DNA of 64,000 nucleotides, taken from positions 12,139 to 76,138 of the forward strand of contig JAFGJX010000070.1 in the NCBI GenBank assembly GCA_016928865.1, in the 5' to 3' direction. The notes beneath the pieces were generated by a model. That model was not told where the DNA came from. It did not search any database and saw only the letters and a list, made by a program, of their open reading frames with translations. This stretch comes from Spirochaetota bacterium (lineage in GTDB: Bacteria > Spirochaetota > UBA4802 > UBA5550). The position numbers were made by a program, and so were the translations under genes. Shown one piece after another: positions 19,226 through 27,893 of this stretch. Each line of letters begins with the position of its first letter. Positions within the stretch are counted from its first letter, which is position 1.

Positions 19226-20275
19226 TCACGGCTTGGTGGCCGTAATGATGCCAAGACCAGGGGAATGATTGATGGCGTGGTAGCGCGTGCGGCTGAATCC
19301 GGACTGATCCAGAAAGTCGGCTATCTCGGCATGTGTGTATATCCTTCCTTCAGTCGAGTTGAATAGTTCAAGGAGGACAAAGTAGGCGTTGGCCTTCATG
19401 AACCGGGAAGGGGATGCCTTTCCGATATGATCCATGATGACAAGCAGACCGCCGTGATTGAGTGAGCGGCATATCTTGACGAGGATTGTTTTTAAAATGA
19501 CCGGATCAAATATACGGATGGTATTGAACATGAGAATGATATCCTGGCCGTCAGGAAGCTCGTCTTTCAGAAAATCTCCTGCCATAAACGATATCCGTCC
19601 AGAAAGTCCGGTTGACAATATGTTCTCCATGGCAATTCGTGAGGCCGAAGGCCAGTCATACACCACGCCGGTTAACCGCGGATAGCGTTTGCAAAATTCG
19701 ATTGAGTACTGGCCATGGCTGCCGCCCAGGTCAAGGAGGTGTTCTGCGGTCCGGGGGATTCGAATTCTCTTTAGGATTTCCGGCGATAACATCATGGCCG
19801 CGCTTTTAAGACCTGCATGGTACGCGTCCCATCTCTTCTGGTCCTGATCGAGCCATTCGTAGCCAAGACGAGGCGGTCGTCCGTGTCGCATGGATTCGTC
19901 CAGATATTCCCAGCGGGCCGATATGTCGTTGAATTGATCGAACATGGCCGAAATATTTGATGGAGAATCGTGCAGGAGCCAATTCTGCGTCATGAACGTA
20001 TTTCTGATTTTATTTCGCCTGATGCGCACGTATCCAAGGCTTTCAAGGGCGCCTATAAGAAGACCGAGGCCGGCGCGGTCAGTCCCGGTTGCCGAGGTGA
20101 TCTGATCGATAGTTTTTGCATCGCGGCCTATTGCGTCGAACAAGCCGAGCCGGAGGGCCGTCATGACCGCTTTGAAAGCCAGCACGCCCATGAGGTCTGC
20201 CATCGGACCGGGTCCCTTCCCCAGGCGCAGGAGGGCTATGCGCTCAAACAGGTTTAGCTGAACCGGCATTCGCAC
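19226..20275 (-). CDS. SAM-dependent O-methyltransferase (dimerisation + Methyltransf_2)
   Basis: LRLGLFD winged helix, LLDLGGSHG, AGDF. Confidence 0.88.
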   Translation of the reverse strand: MRMPVQLNLFERIALLRLGKGPGPMADLMGVLAFKAVMTALRLGLFDAIGRDAKTIDQITSATGTDRAGLGLLIGALESLGYVRIRRNKIRNTFMTQNWLLHDSPSNISAMFDQFNDISARWEYLDESMRHGRPPRLGYEWLDQDQKRWDAYHAGLKSAAMMLSPEILKRIRIPRTAEHLLDLGGSHGQYSIEFCKRYPRLTGVVYDWPSASRIAMENILSTGLSGRISFMAGDFLKDELPDGQDIILMFNTIRIFDPVILKTILVKICRSLNHGGLLVIMDHIGKASPSRFMKANAYFVLLELFNSTEGRIYTHAEIADFLDQSGFSRTRYHAINHSPGLGIITATKP

Positions 20276-20349
20276 TTCTCCGGGGATTCATGCATCCTTA
20301 TCCCAGTATTGCATCGCGTCATGCTGATACCCTCGCCATGGCTTTCCGT

Positions 20350-21198
20350 TTATTCAAAGCGATAGTACACGTGCTGTTGCGCGAGGCCGGCAAAACCGTA
20401 CGCGGCGGCTTTTTTTTCGAACTGCTCCCAATTGTCCCCGTAATGCGCCAGGTAGGTTTTCTTCTTTATATCACCGGGGAGTTCTTTCAGCTCATCAATG
20501 CCGGCATGCACGCCGCCCGTGAAAAACTGACAGTCATGGAATATCGTTTCAAAGTTGAATTCCCTGTCGTACACGGTCACCAGGTCTTCGTCGTACCTGG
20601 TGTCGCTTGTGAACAGAACCCGGTCGTCAATAATGGCCCCGCAGCTCCAGAAAGAACTCTGCCAGTCCGGCGCCGAATCGGGGATGTGCTTGGTCCGCAC
20701 CATTTTTATGTCGATTGATCCCACTTTTGCATGGAGCGTCTCGCGACGGTATTCGGGAAGTCTGCTGGGACGAAGAACATCAAAATAATCTTCAAAAGTC
20801 AGGACGGTATGTGCGGTTTTTTCATTATGCCCGCATCCGCCGCGGAGTGACATTTCCCATAAAAAATGCTGGTAGGTAGCATTGATGACCATGCGCGGCT
20901 TTCGCTTTGACACATACCTTCCGTTGATAGCGATCTCTTCAAGACCGCCGATATGGTCCGAATGTGAATGCGTTATGAGGAGATTCTGTATTTCAGTGAC
21001 CGGTATGCCGAGTTCGCTGAGCGCCTGCGGGCATCGGGTGCCGCAATCAATGAGTAGATGATCGTTACCTTTTATGACGAGTAGATTTGTCTGATAGTGC
21101 CTTCGGGAAAACGCGCTTCCGACACCGATAAAAAAAAGCTCAAGCTTTCCGCTGTTTGACAGCACGACCTTTTTTTTCTTCAATGCATTGATCTTCAT
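20350..21198 (-). CDS. MBL-fold metallo-hydrolase
   Basis: GVGSAF, IDCG, THSHSDHIGG, FHDC, VHA, HYGD. Confidence 0.85.
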   Translation of the reverse strand: MKINALKKKKVVLSNSGKLELFFIGVGSAFSRRHYQTNLLVIKGNDHLLIDCGTRCPQALSELGIPVTEIQNLLITHSHSDHIGGLEEIAINGRYVSKRKPRMVINATYQHFLWEMSLRGGCGHNEKTAHTVLTFEDYFDVLRPSRLPEYRRETLHAKVGSIDIKMVRTKHIPDSAPDWQSSFWSCGAIIDDRVLFTSDTRYDEDLVTVYDREFNFETIFHDCQFFTGGVHAGIDELKELPGDIKKKTYLAHYGDNWEQFEKKAAAYGFAGLAQQHVYYRFE

Positions 21199-21387
21199 TA
21201 AGGACTCCGTCAGTTTGAACAGAATGAAGTGGCATCTGATTATACGGGCATGAGGATAAAAAAGTCAAGTGTAATAGTGGAAAATCTTTGCATTGAAACA
21301 TGGAGATCCATCTGCTGCCGGCGCAGCATCCTATTATTATTGACAGCGCGGGATATTAATACAATAGTGCGCCATCACGAGCGCAGG

Positions 21388-21957
21388 ATGGTTCAGATGG
21401 GGGCATACAGGCCGGTCACAGTTTTGGATTCATTAAAAACCGTAGTTTTCATTCTTCTCGTGCTCTGGATGATGCTTGTCCTCGGATACATCCTGCCGCT
21501 TGCCGATTTTGGAATACAACCGCGCACCGCGCCGGGTCTCATCGGAATACTGTGCGCGCCTTTTATACATGCCGGACCGGACCACCTGGTGACAAATTCA
21601 ATAAGCCTCCTCATCCTGGGACCGATTTTCATGGTGATGGAACGCCGGCTTTCATTTGAGATCATCCTGTATATTATACTGCTTTCAGGCCTCGGGACAT
21701 GGCTGATCGGACGCGCCGAATTCACCCACATTGGCGCAAGCGGCGTGGTGTACGGCCTGCTGGGGTATCTTCTTGCCGCAGGCATTTTCAAGAGAAACAT
21801 AAAGGAAATCCTTGTGTCGATCCTCGTGTTTGTTTTATACGGAGGGGCAATCTGGGGAATTTTCCCGACAACCGGCTTTGTTTCCTGGGAAAGCCACCTT
21901 TCCGGTTTTCTCTCCGGTATTGCCGTGGCAAAAATATATTCGGATCGCTGCCGGTAG
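21388..21957 (+). CDS. Rhomboid intramembrane serine protease
   Basis: PFIHAGPDHLVTN, HIGASG, WESHLSG. Confidence 0.88.
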   Translation: MVQMGAYRPVTVLDSLKTVVFILLVLWMMLVLGYILPLADFGIQPRTAPGLIGILCAPFIHAGPDHLVTNSISLLILGPIFMVMERRLSFEIILYIILLSGLGTWLIGRAEFTHIGASGVVYGLLGYLLAAGIFKRNIKEILVSILVFVLYGGAIWGIFPTTGFVSWESHLSGFLSGIAVAKIYSDRCR

Positions 21958-21976
21958 TGTAACGCCTCAGAAGCTG

Positions 21977-22109
21977 TTAAAGTCTATCTCAATAGGTTTC
22001 TCACGCGCCGGAAAAAAGAACTGTCTGAGTTTTCAATGTTTTTGTCCGAGTTCCGCAGGCCGCGAGGCTTTTTTCCGGCGCTTCATCGGCCTATCGTGAC
22101 AGGCTCTTT
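21977..22109. mobile_element. MITE-like palindromic repeat (copy A)
   Basis: Inner inverted repeat GCGCCGGAAAAAAG...CTTTTTTCCGGCGC; shares core and arms with 54719-54866. Confidence 0.6.
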
Positions 22110-22961
22110 GTGTGGAGCTTTTACGTCTCCTGCCGGAATAATTGTCACGTGGTAGCACTTCTGTCGCTTTTCAAGGATTGCGTAGAGAAGGCCTTCCTCC
22201 TGCAGCCTGACAAGAGTTTCTGCCAGTACCGAACGGAATTGGCTTCGAAGCGAGTCGCCGAGCATAAACCCGATCCTTGTGCGCATCATTTCGATTATGG
22301 CCGCAGACAGGGTATTCACGTTCTCGGGGTAGGGCAACACCACGTAATAATCGTCATAGAAAACATCAAAACTGACGCTGTAGCTGTGCGTGGTGATCGG
22401 CACGGCGTTCTCATTTAAATCCCTGAGGACGGACTGGTACGAGGCGGGCCTGAGGGCCGAAGAGATGGCGATCTTCACTGGCGGAAGATCGCCACGGGAC
22501 ATGATGGAATCCTGAAAGCGATGCGCGAGCCTGTCGAGGCCGCGGGCCGTATCCAGGTCCAGGGCGCGATAGAGTTTCCTGACATTGTAAAAGTAATACG
22601 GCGCGTCTGCGCCAGATTCGAGGCTGACCAGCCTGCCGCTCTCAAGTGCGGGCTCAATATCTTCATCACGCTCAAGCGGTTTGTTGCCAGAGCCGAGAGC
22701 AATTCGCATGTGGTCCTGGAAGAGCCTTGTCCTCAATTGTTTTTCTATAATTGTGGTAGCGTAATCTTCATAGAGAGGGATCAGCTCTATATAGCGATGC
22801 TCCATCTTCTGTATTGTTTCCAGATATGAGTAAACGTCTCGAACCGTCCGTGAGAGGATATACCGGTAAGAGAGGAATATCGATACTGCGGATGCGATTA
22901 TGACCGCAACCATGATTGTTAGAATATGGGCTCGTTTGTTTGACGGAATATCGGTTTTCAT
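22083..22961 (-). CDS. DUF5715-like protein (peptidase M15/LAS-like motifs)
   Basis: N-terminal TM; SALRP, THSYSVSFDV, CYHVT. Confidence 0.65.
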   Translation of the reverse strand: MKTDIPSNKRAHILTIMVAVIIASAVSIFLSYRYILSRTVRDVYSYLETIQKMEHRYIELIPLYEDYATTIIEKQLRTRLFQDHMRIALGSGNKPLERDEDIEPALESGRLVSLESGADAPYYFYNVRKLYRALDLDTARGLDRLAHRFQDSIMSRGDLPPVKIAISSALRPASYQSVLRDLNENAVPITTHSYSVSFDVFYDDYYVVLPYPENVNTLSAAIIEMMRTRIGFMLGDSLRSQFRSVLAETLVRLQEEGLLYAILEKRQKCYHVTIIPAGDVKAPHKEPVTIGR

Positions 22962-23097
22962 TGCTACATCCGGATCAATGCGAAATACAGCGCCTTAAAA
23001 AATGTGTCAATAGATAATTTATCACCAAAATTTTTAAGCCGTTTTATTATGCGACGGTATTGAAAGATCACAATAAATTTAGTATATTAAAATATAC

Positions 23098-23255
23098 TTA
23101 ACAGATTCCTGAAAAACTCCATCCTTGGAGTTTTTCAGGGACGGTGTTGCTAAGTAAATTAGTAACACCTTGCATTTTTCTCGGCTACGTACCTCGAAAA
23201 ATGGCGATATGTCCATGTATCGCTGACAGTTTGCTGTTTTTCAACAAACTGTTAA
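23098..23255. mobile_element. MITE/REP-like element with 19-bp imperfect TIRs and multiple hairpins
   Basis: TTAACAGATTCCTGAAAAA ... TTTTTCAACAAACTGTTAA (16/19 complementary); internal stems. Confidence 0.6.
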
Positions 23256-23282
23256 AGTTAGATTGTTTATTTATCCTGGATC

Positions 23283-23489
23283 ATGAGTGGACATATGGGG
23301 TTTATACGAATTAACGGGCTTGAGGCAAAAATCTTTATTCCGGAAGACCCTGAGATGAATGCCAAAAAGCACAATTGCCGGGACTGTTTTGCATGCCAGA
23401 TGTGCAGTGATGAGCGTTGTGAACAATGCCTGAAAAGGGCCCGAACAGGAGGAAGGAAAGCAGAGTTGCAAAACAGTGATTCTGAATAG
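23283..23489 (+). CDS. Small Cys-rich putative metal-binding protein
   Basis: CRDCFACQMCSDERCEQC, 6 Cys; alternative ATG at 23295. Confidence 0.55.
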   Translation: MSGHMGFIRINGLEAKIFIPEDPEMNAKKHNCRDCFACQMCSDERCEQCLKRARTGGRKAELQNSDSE

Positions 23490-23579
23490 AATATCTCTTC
23501 ACGTTATCATTAAATTGATCGATAATTTAGATGAAGCACTCTGCCCATAGGCAACAATAATCCAGGAGGCCGGACTTTT

Positions 23580-23975
23580 ATGGCGAAGAGCATAGTTTAT
23601 TTTCAAAATGGCGAGAAAATAATCGAAGCCGGCAAGGTGGAGACGCGCATGTATATCATCCTGGATGGGAAGGTGCAGATATCCCTGTCTGATAAGATAG
23701 AAAAGGTTATAGTCGCCCAGCTGGAAAAGGGGGATTTTTTCGGTGAAATATCGCTCTTTAACAAGATTCCGCGAAGCGCTACCGCAACTGCTATTGGCAA
23801 TGTCAAGCTGGCATATATCGACAGTGTTGAAATGCTCAGGCAATTTCTTATCAAAAACCCTGTTTTTGCTGCAAAGATGGTTCATACACTGGCACAGAGG
23901 CTTGCAAAAACAGATGAGATTCTAGTAGGCAAGATTAGCGAATTAAACCGGATAAAGATAACGCGTGATATATAA
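23580..23975 (+). CDS. Stand-alone cyclic-nucleotide-binding domain protein
   Basis: MYIILDGKV, GDFFGEISL, PRSATA; AGGAGG RBS. Confidence 0.88.
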   Translation: MAKSIVYFQNGEKIIEAGKVETRMYIILDGKVQISLSDKIEKVIVAQLEKGDFFGEISLFNKIPRSATATAIGNVKLAYIDSVEMLRQFLIKNPVFAAKMVHTLAQRLAKTDEILVGKISELNRIKITRDI

Positions 23976-24092
23976 GTTGCATGCGAAAAAAAATTTTATT
24001 ATTATTTTGAAAAAGCTGTAACTTTCTGTAAATTGAGTCAACATATAAACCAAGTAAAGTAAATTTTCATAAAACCCTCCACAAATTTTTTT

Positions 24093-24136
24093 AAGACAAA
24101 AGACCCTTTTAAAAAAAGGGTCTTTTGTCTTTTTTT
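24093..24136 (+). terminator. Strong intrinsic terminator
   Basis: 17-bp stem AAGACAAAAGACCCTTT/AAAGGGTCTTTTGTCTT followed by a T-run. Confidence 0.8.
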
Positions 24137-24264
24137 ACTATTTGCCACTTTTAAAGGATTCAACCCCGTACTCCTTATAAACTTCCGGCTGTAACCCGAT
24201 AATTAATAAAAGCGTTATCTGTCGCTTGTAATGTCCATGGCCGTTCCGCACAGGGATTGCCGCA

Positions 24265-24984
24265 GTGGGGAGAAAAGACGTGAAAAATTGCGGGCTTACT
24301 CTTCTAGTCATTCTCACAATGGCTGGTTATGCAGCGCCGGGGCACGGAAGCGAGCAGCCGGGAGATGATCTGATAACAGAAATCGTCTATCATGATGGAT
24401 CAAAATATATCGGTGCCATGATGAACGGCCGGAAACATGGCGCGGGCAGGTTCATCGGCGCCAATGGATCAGAATACAAAGGCGAATTCTCGAATGATGT
24501 GCCGCACGGCACCGGGACGTATACCCATGCGGACGGGGAAAGGAAGCGTGTTGTTTTCAAAGATGGCCGTCTGATATCATCATCCCTCATGCCGCATCTG
24601 GTTACCTCCGATGGCTGCCGATTCGGTGTTTTCGAAAGCATCGGCAGGTATAAGGGCTGGTTCAAGGGAAACCGGATCAAGGGATTTATTCCTCACGGAA
24701 GGGGAATAATGCGCTACGTAAACGGTTCGGTGTATACCGGTCAGTGGGATAATGGAACCATGCACGGGAATGGAACAATCGAATGGAGCGAGGGGTCAGT
24801 GTATACCGGTCAGTGGGTGAGGGGAAAGAGAACCGGCTTCGGCACCTACACCTGGGCGAACGGGGACCGATACATCGGCCAGTGGAAAGACAACCAGATA
24901 TGCGGCACCGGTATTTTCTATCACAGAGATGGCAGAATCGAGCGGGGGTCGTGGAAGGAAAAAACAATATTCGCTAATGAATAG
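24265..24984 (+). CDS. MORN-repeat secreted protein
   Basis: Repeated YxGxWxxGxxxGxG motifs, signal peptide. Confidence 0.88.
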   Translation: MGRKDVKNCGLTLLVILTMAGYAAPGHGSEQPGDDLITEIVYHDGSKYIGAMMNGRKHGAGRFIGANGSEYKGEFSNDVPHGTGTYTHADGERKRVVFKDGRLISSSLMPHLVTSDGCRFGVFESIGRYKGWFKGNRIKGFIPHGRGIMRYVNGSVYTGQWDNGTMHGNGTIEWSEGSVYTGQWVRGKRTGFGTYTWANGDRYIGQWKDNQICGTGIFYHRDGRIERGSWKEKTIFANE

Positions 24985-24986
24985 AG

Positions 24987-25014
24987 AAGCCGGCAAATGC
25001 GCTGCCGCCGGCTT
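24987..25014. terminator. Hairpin between convergent genes
   Basis: AAGCCGGC...GCCGGCTT; weak U-tract. Confidence 0.4.
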
Positions 25015-25024
25015 ATCCGGAGGA

Positions 25025-25201
25025 CTAACTGCACGATATAATGGTTTTTACTACTTTCTCCACCCTGTTGCTGAAATCATGTCCGTGATACTTTCTCGTC
25101 TCTGACATCAGATCATCAAGACTTACGCCGAGTTGGACGGCAGAGCATACCATTTCAGAATAATGCATGACACTCATCCCTGAAAAACGTTTCTGATGCA
25201 T
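25025..25201 (-). CDS. Small hypothetical protein (58 aa)
   Basis: AGAGGAAG upstream of ATG; MHQKRFSG...IISCS. Confidence 0.45.
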   Translation of the reverse strand: MHQKRFSGMSVMHYSEMVCSAVQLGVSLDDLMSETRKYHGHDFSNRVEKVVKTIISCS

Positions 25202-25365
25202 GGGGCTTCCTCTCATCTGTATTGTTGTTATTACTATCGGAAATCTTGAGATACTGGTTGAATGAATTTTAGTAACGGGCAATCTCAGCCCGTTAATACT
25301 TCGCAATTGGATATATGTAGACCAGCAACAAATTTGATACCCGTTATAAATATAGCAAACATTTG

Positions 25366-25393
25366 TTGACATATTATTTATATCGTGTATGCT
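25366..25393 (+). promoter_or_regulatory. Sigma70-like promoter of helicase operon
   Basis: TTGACA-N16-TATGCT about 60 nt upstream of ATG 25452. Confidence 0.55.
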
Positions 25394-25451
25394 ATGACCG
25401 TAATGGTCATTTTCATATGCCGGCGAATACCTGAACCAGAGGTCAGACAAC

Positions 25452-27893
25452 ATGGAGCGTATTAAAAGATTCATCGAATCCAGTTTCACCAGGGACGTCC
25501 GGGCTAATTTTACTGTAAACGGTACTCCGGGCTCTTATGTCGATTTTCCTGATAACGTGAATTCCGAGATACGGGATATTCTGGCCGAACAGGGCATTAC
25601 CCGCCTCTATGAACACCAGGCTGAGGCGTTTCGATCCATTGAGAGCGATATCCATACCCTTATCGTGTCGCGGACAGCGAGCGGTAAGACACTGTCGTTC
25701 TTTCTTCCCATAATTAACGAATACATACGATCAGATCAGCCTTTTACCGTGATGCTTCTCTATCCCACCAAGGCCCTTTCGCGCGACCAGGAAAAGACCT
25801 TTGGCAAGCTTATGAGCGTGGTGGACAGGAGCGGCAGGCTGGGTACATTTGACGGCGATACGCCGCGGGACGAGCGAGAGCGCATCCAGCGTTCAGCTGA
25901 TTTCATCGTGACCAACCCTGATATGCTGCACAGCGGAATCCTCCCGAATCATAACAGAAAATGGCGCGGCTTTCTCTCGAGGCTCAGGTATGTGGTTGTC
26001 GACGAAGTACACATGTACCGGGGCGCGTTCGGATCGCATGTTTCCAACGTCTTCAGAAGGCTTCAGCGCGTCTGCTCTATTCACGGCAGCGATCCGGTGT
26101 TCGTCTGTTCTTCTGCGACAATACGGAATCCGGAGGAGCACGCCCGTCTCCTGTTCCACCGTGATTTCAAGGTAATTGACTATGATTCTTCTCCTCAGCC
26201 AGAAAAGTATTTTTACTTTATAAATCCCGCCCTGCAGGAGAGCCACGGCCACGCAGTGTACCGGAAAGGTCCGGCATCGGTCTCAATCCCGCTCATCCGT
26301 GAGGCGGTACGCAACAATATCCGAACGATATGCTTCTGCCGTGCGCGCCAGGAGGTGGAGCGGCTGTATCGCGCCGTTGCGGATGATTATCCTGAACTGC
26401 GGGAAAAGGTCAAGCCATATCGCGGCGGGCTGCTTCCGAACGAACGACGCCGCATTGAACGCGACCTCGCCGAAGGACGCATTCTCGCCATCATCACGAC
26501 GAACGCACTTGAGCTGGGGATTGATATCGGCGATCTTGACCTGTGCATCCTGTCAGGTCATCCCGGAACTATCGCCAGCTTCTGGCAGCAGGCGGGCAGG
26601 GTTGGAAGAAAGGGAAAGTCGCCGGTCATCGTGTATGCTGCCAAGGACAGGCCGATCGACCAGTTCCTCGTTCATCACCCTGACTTTATCACGAATACGC
26701 CCATTGAACAAGCGCTTCTGAACCCGGACAATCCCTATATCATACTCCAACATCTCCCCTGTGCCGCGCAGGAGCATCCCCTGCGAGAAACAGAAGACGG
26801 TTTTGATGACACAATCTATAACGAAGCGCTGAACATTCTCAGGAATGAAAAAGTCGTGGTGCCATACCACGACGCGCTGCGATACGCGCTCCAGGATTAT
26901 CCGGCCCGGGGGGTAAATATACGAGGCATGACCGATTACAATATCGAGATCTTTTGCGGGACGGAGGTGATCGGCGAGCTCGATCCCATCGGCGCCCGCG
27001 GCACCCTGTATAAAGACGCCATCTACCAGCACCTCGGACGCAAATACATGTCGATGGACCTTGATCTGGATAAAAAGCTCTGCCGCGTGGAGCCGGTTGA
27101 AGTGGATTACTACACCGAGGCGGTATGGGAGGGAAGGGTCGATCTTGTCGAGTCTGAAGGTGTGCACATTTTCAACAATGCGCGGATCGAATTCGGATCT
27201 ATCAGGGTCAACCGTCAGCCCAAGCTCTATAAAAAGATACGCGAACGCACGTATGAAAATATCGGGTACGGACCAATAACGCTCGCCGCATTTGAATACG
27301 ACACGACCGGGTTCAACATCGTGGCGCCGCCGGAGTGGAGCGCGTCAATGGACGCTAAAAACAAGCTCATCGGCGGCGCAGCATATTACGGCCTGGGCTA
27401 TATCCTGCGTCATGCGTCAACGGTCTTTTGCATGTCAGACATCAAGGACATAAATACCGATATCTCGCTCTACGAGGCGGATCCCGGCCTGTGGAAAAGC
27501 GCACTGTATCTCTATGATACGATCGAAGGCGGTGTCGGATATGCAGAGCGGGTTTTTGAGCGCATTGAAGAGGTATTACGGTTTTGCAGGGACCTGATGG
27601 ACAACTGCGAATGCGAATCCGGGTGCCCTTCGTGCGTCCCGCCCCTTCCTCCCGGTGTTGACAGCAGGGAACTGGAGGAGTTTCTGATCGAATCAAACGC
27701 GGCGGTGGAATGCACCGCAAGCCTGCTCGCCGCGCTTCTGGAAAAGAGAATCGTTATACCGGATATATTAATCAGCAAAAAGCCGATTGAACATTTTTCT
27801 GCCCCGCCCGAAGATATCGAGAAAAAACGGGTTCTCCAGAAGCTTGGACGCGCGGCACGCATTCTCAGGGACAAAAGGGAGCGCCTTCATTGA
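25452..27893 (+). CDS. DEAD/DEAH helicase with DUF1998 (MrfA/YprA/Hrq1 family)
   Basis: TASGKT, YPTKAL, DEVH, SAT, TNALELGIDIG, QQAGRVGR, CECESGCPSC. Confidence 0.9.
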   Translation: MERIKRFIESSFTRDVRANFTVNGTPGSYVDFPDNVNSEIRDILAEQGITRLYEHQAEAFRSIESDIHTLIVSRTASGKTLSFFLPIINEYIRSDQPFTVMLLYPTKALSRDQEKTFGKLMSVVDRSGRLGTFDGDTPRDERERIQRSADFIVTNPDMLHSGILPNHNRKWRGFLSRLRYVVVDEVHMYRGAFGSHVSNVFRRLQRVCSIHGSDPVFVCSSATIRNPEEHARLLFHRDFKVIDYDSSPQPEKYFYFINPALQESHGHAVYRKGPASVSIPLIREAVRNNIRTICFCRARQEVERLYRAVADDYPELREKVKPYRGGLLPNERRRIERDLAEGRILAIITTNALELGIDIGDLDLCILSGHPGTIASFWQQAGRVGRKGKSPVIVYAAKDRPIDQFLVHHPDFITNTPIEQALLNPDNPYIILQHLPCAAQEHPLRETEDGFDDTIYNEALNILRNEKVVVPYHDALRYALQDYPARGVNIRGMTDYNIEIFCGTEVIGELDPIGARGTLYKDAIYQHLGRKYMSMDLDLDKKLCRVEPVEVDYYTEAVWEGRVDLVESEGVHIFNNARIEFGSIRVNRQPKLYKKIRERTYENIGYGPITLAAFEYDTTGFNIVAPPEWSASMDAKNKLIGGAAYYGLGYILRHASTVFCMSDIKDINTDISLYEADPGLWKSALYLYDTIEGGVGYAERVFERIEEVLRFCRDLMDNCECESGCPSCVPPLPPGVDSRELEEFLIESNAAVECTASLLAALLEKRIVIPDILISKKPIEHFSAPPEDIEKKRVLQKLGRAARILRDKRERLH

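Noticed and set aside
2216-20275. Canonical aryl polyene/flexirubin cluster
   Set aside because: No chain-length factor, FabG, dehydratase, acyl-CoA ligase, glycosyltransferase or DarA seen in the window
25452-27893. DISARM DrmB / Druantia defence helicase
   Set aside because: No methylase, DrmA or other defence genes nearby; the YprB-like neighbour supports MrfA-type repair
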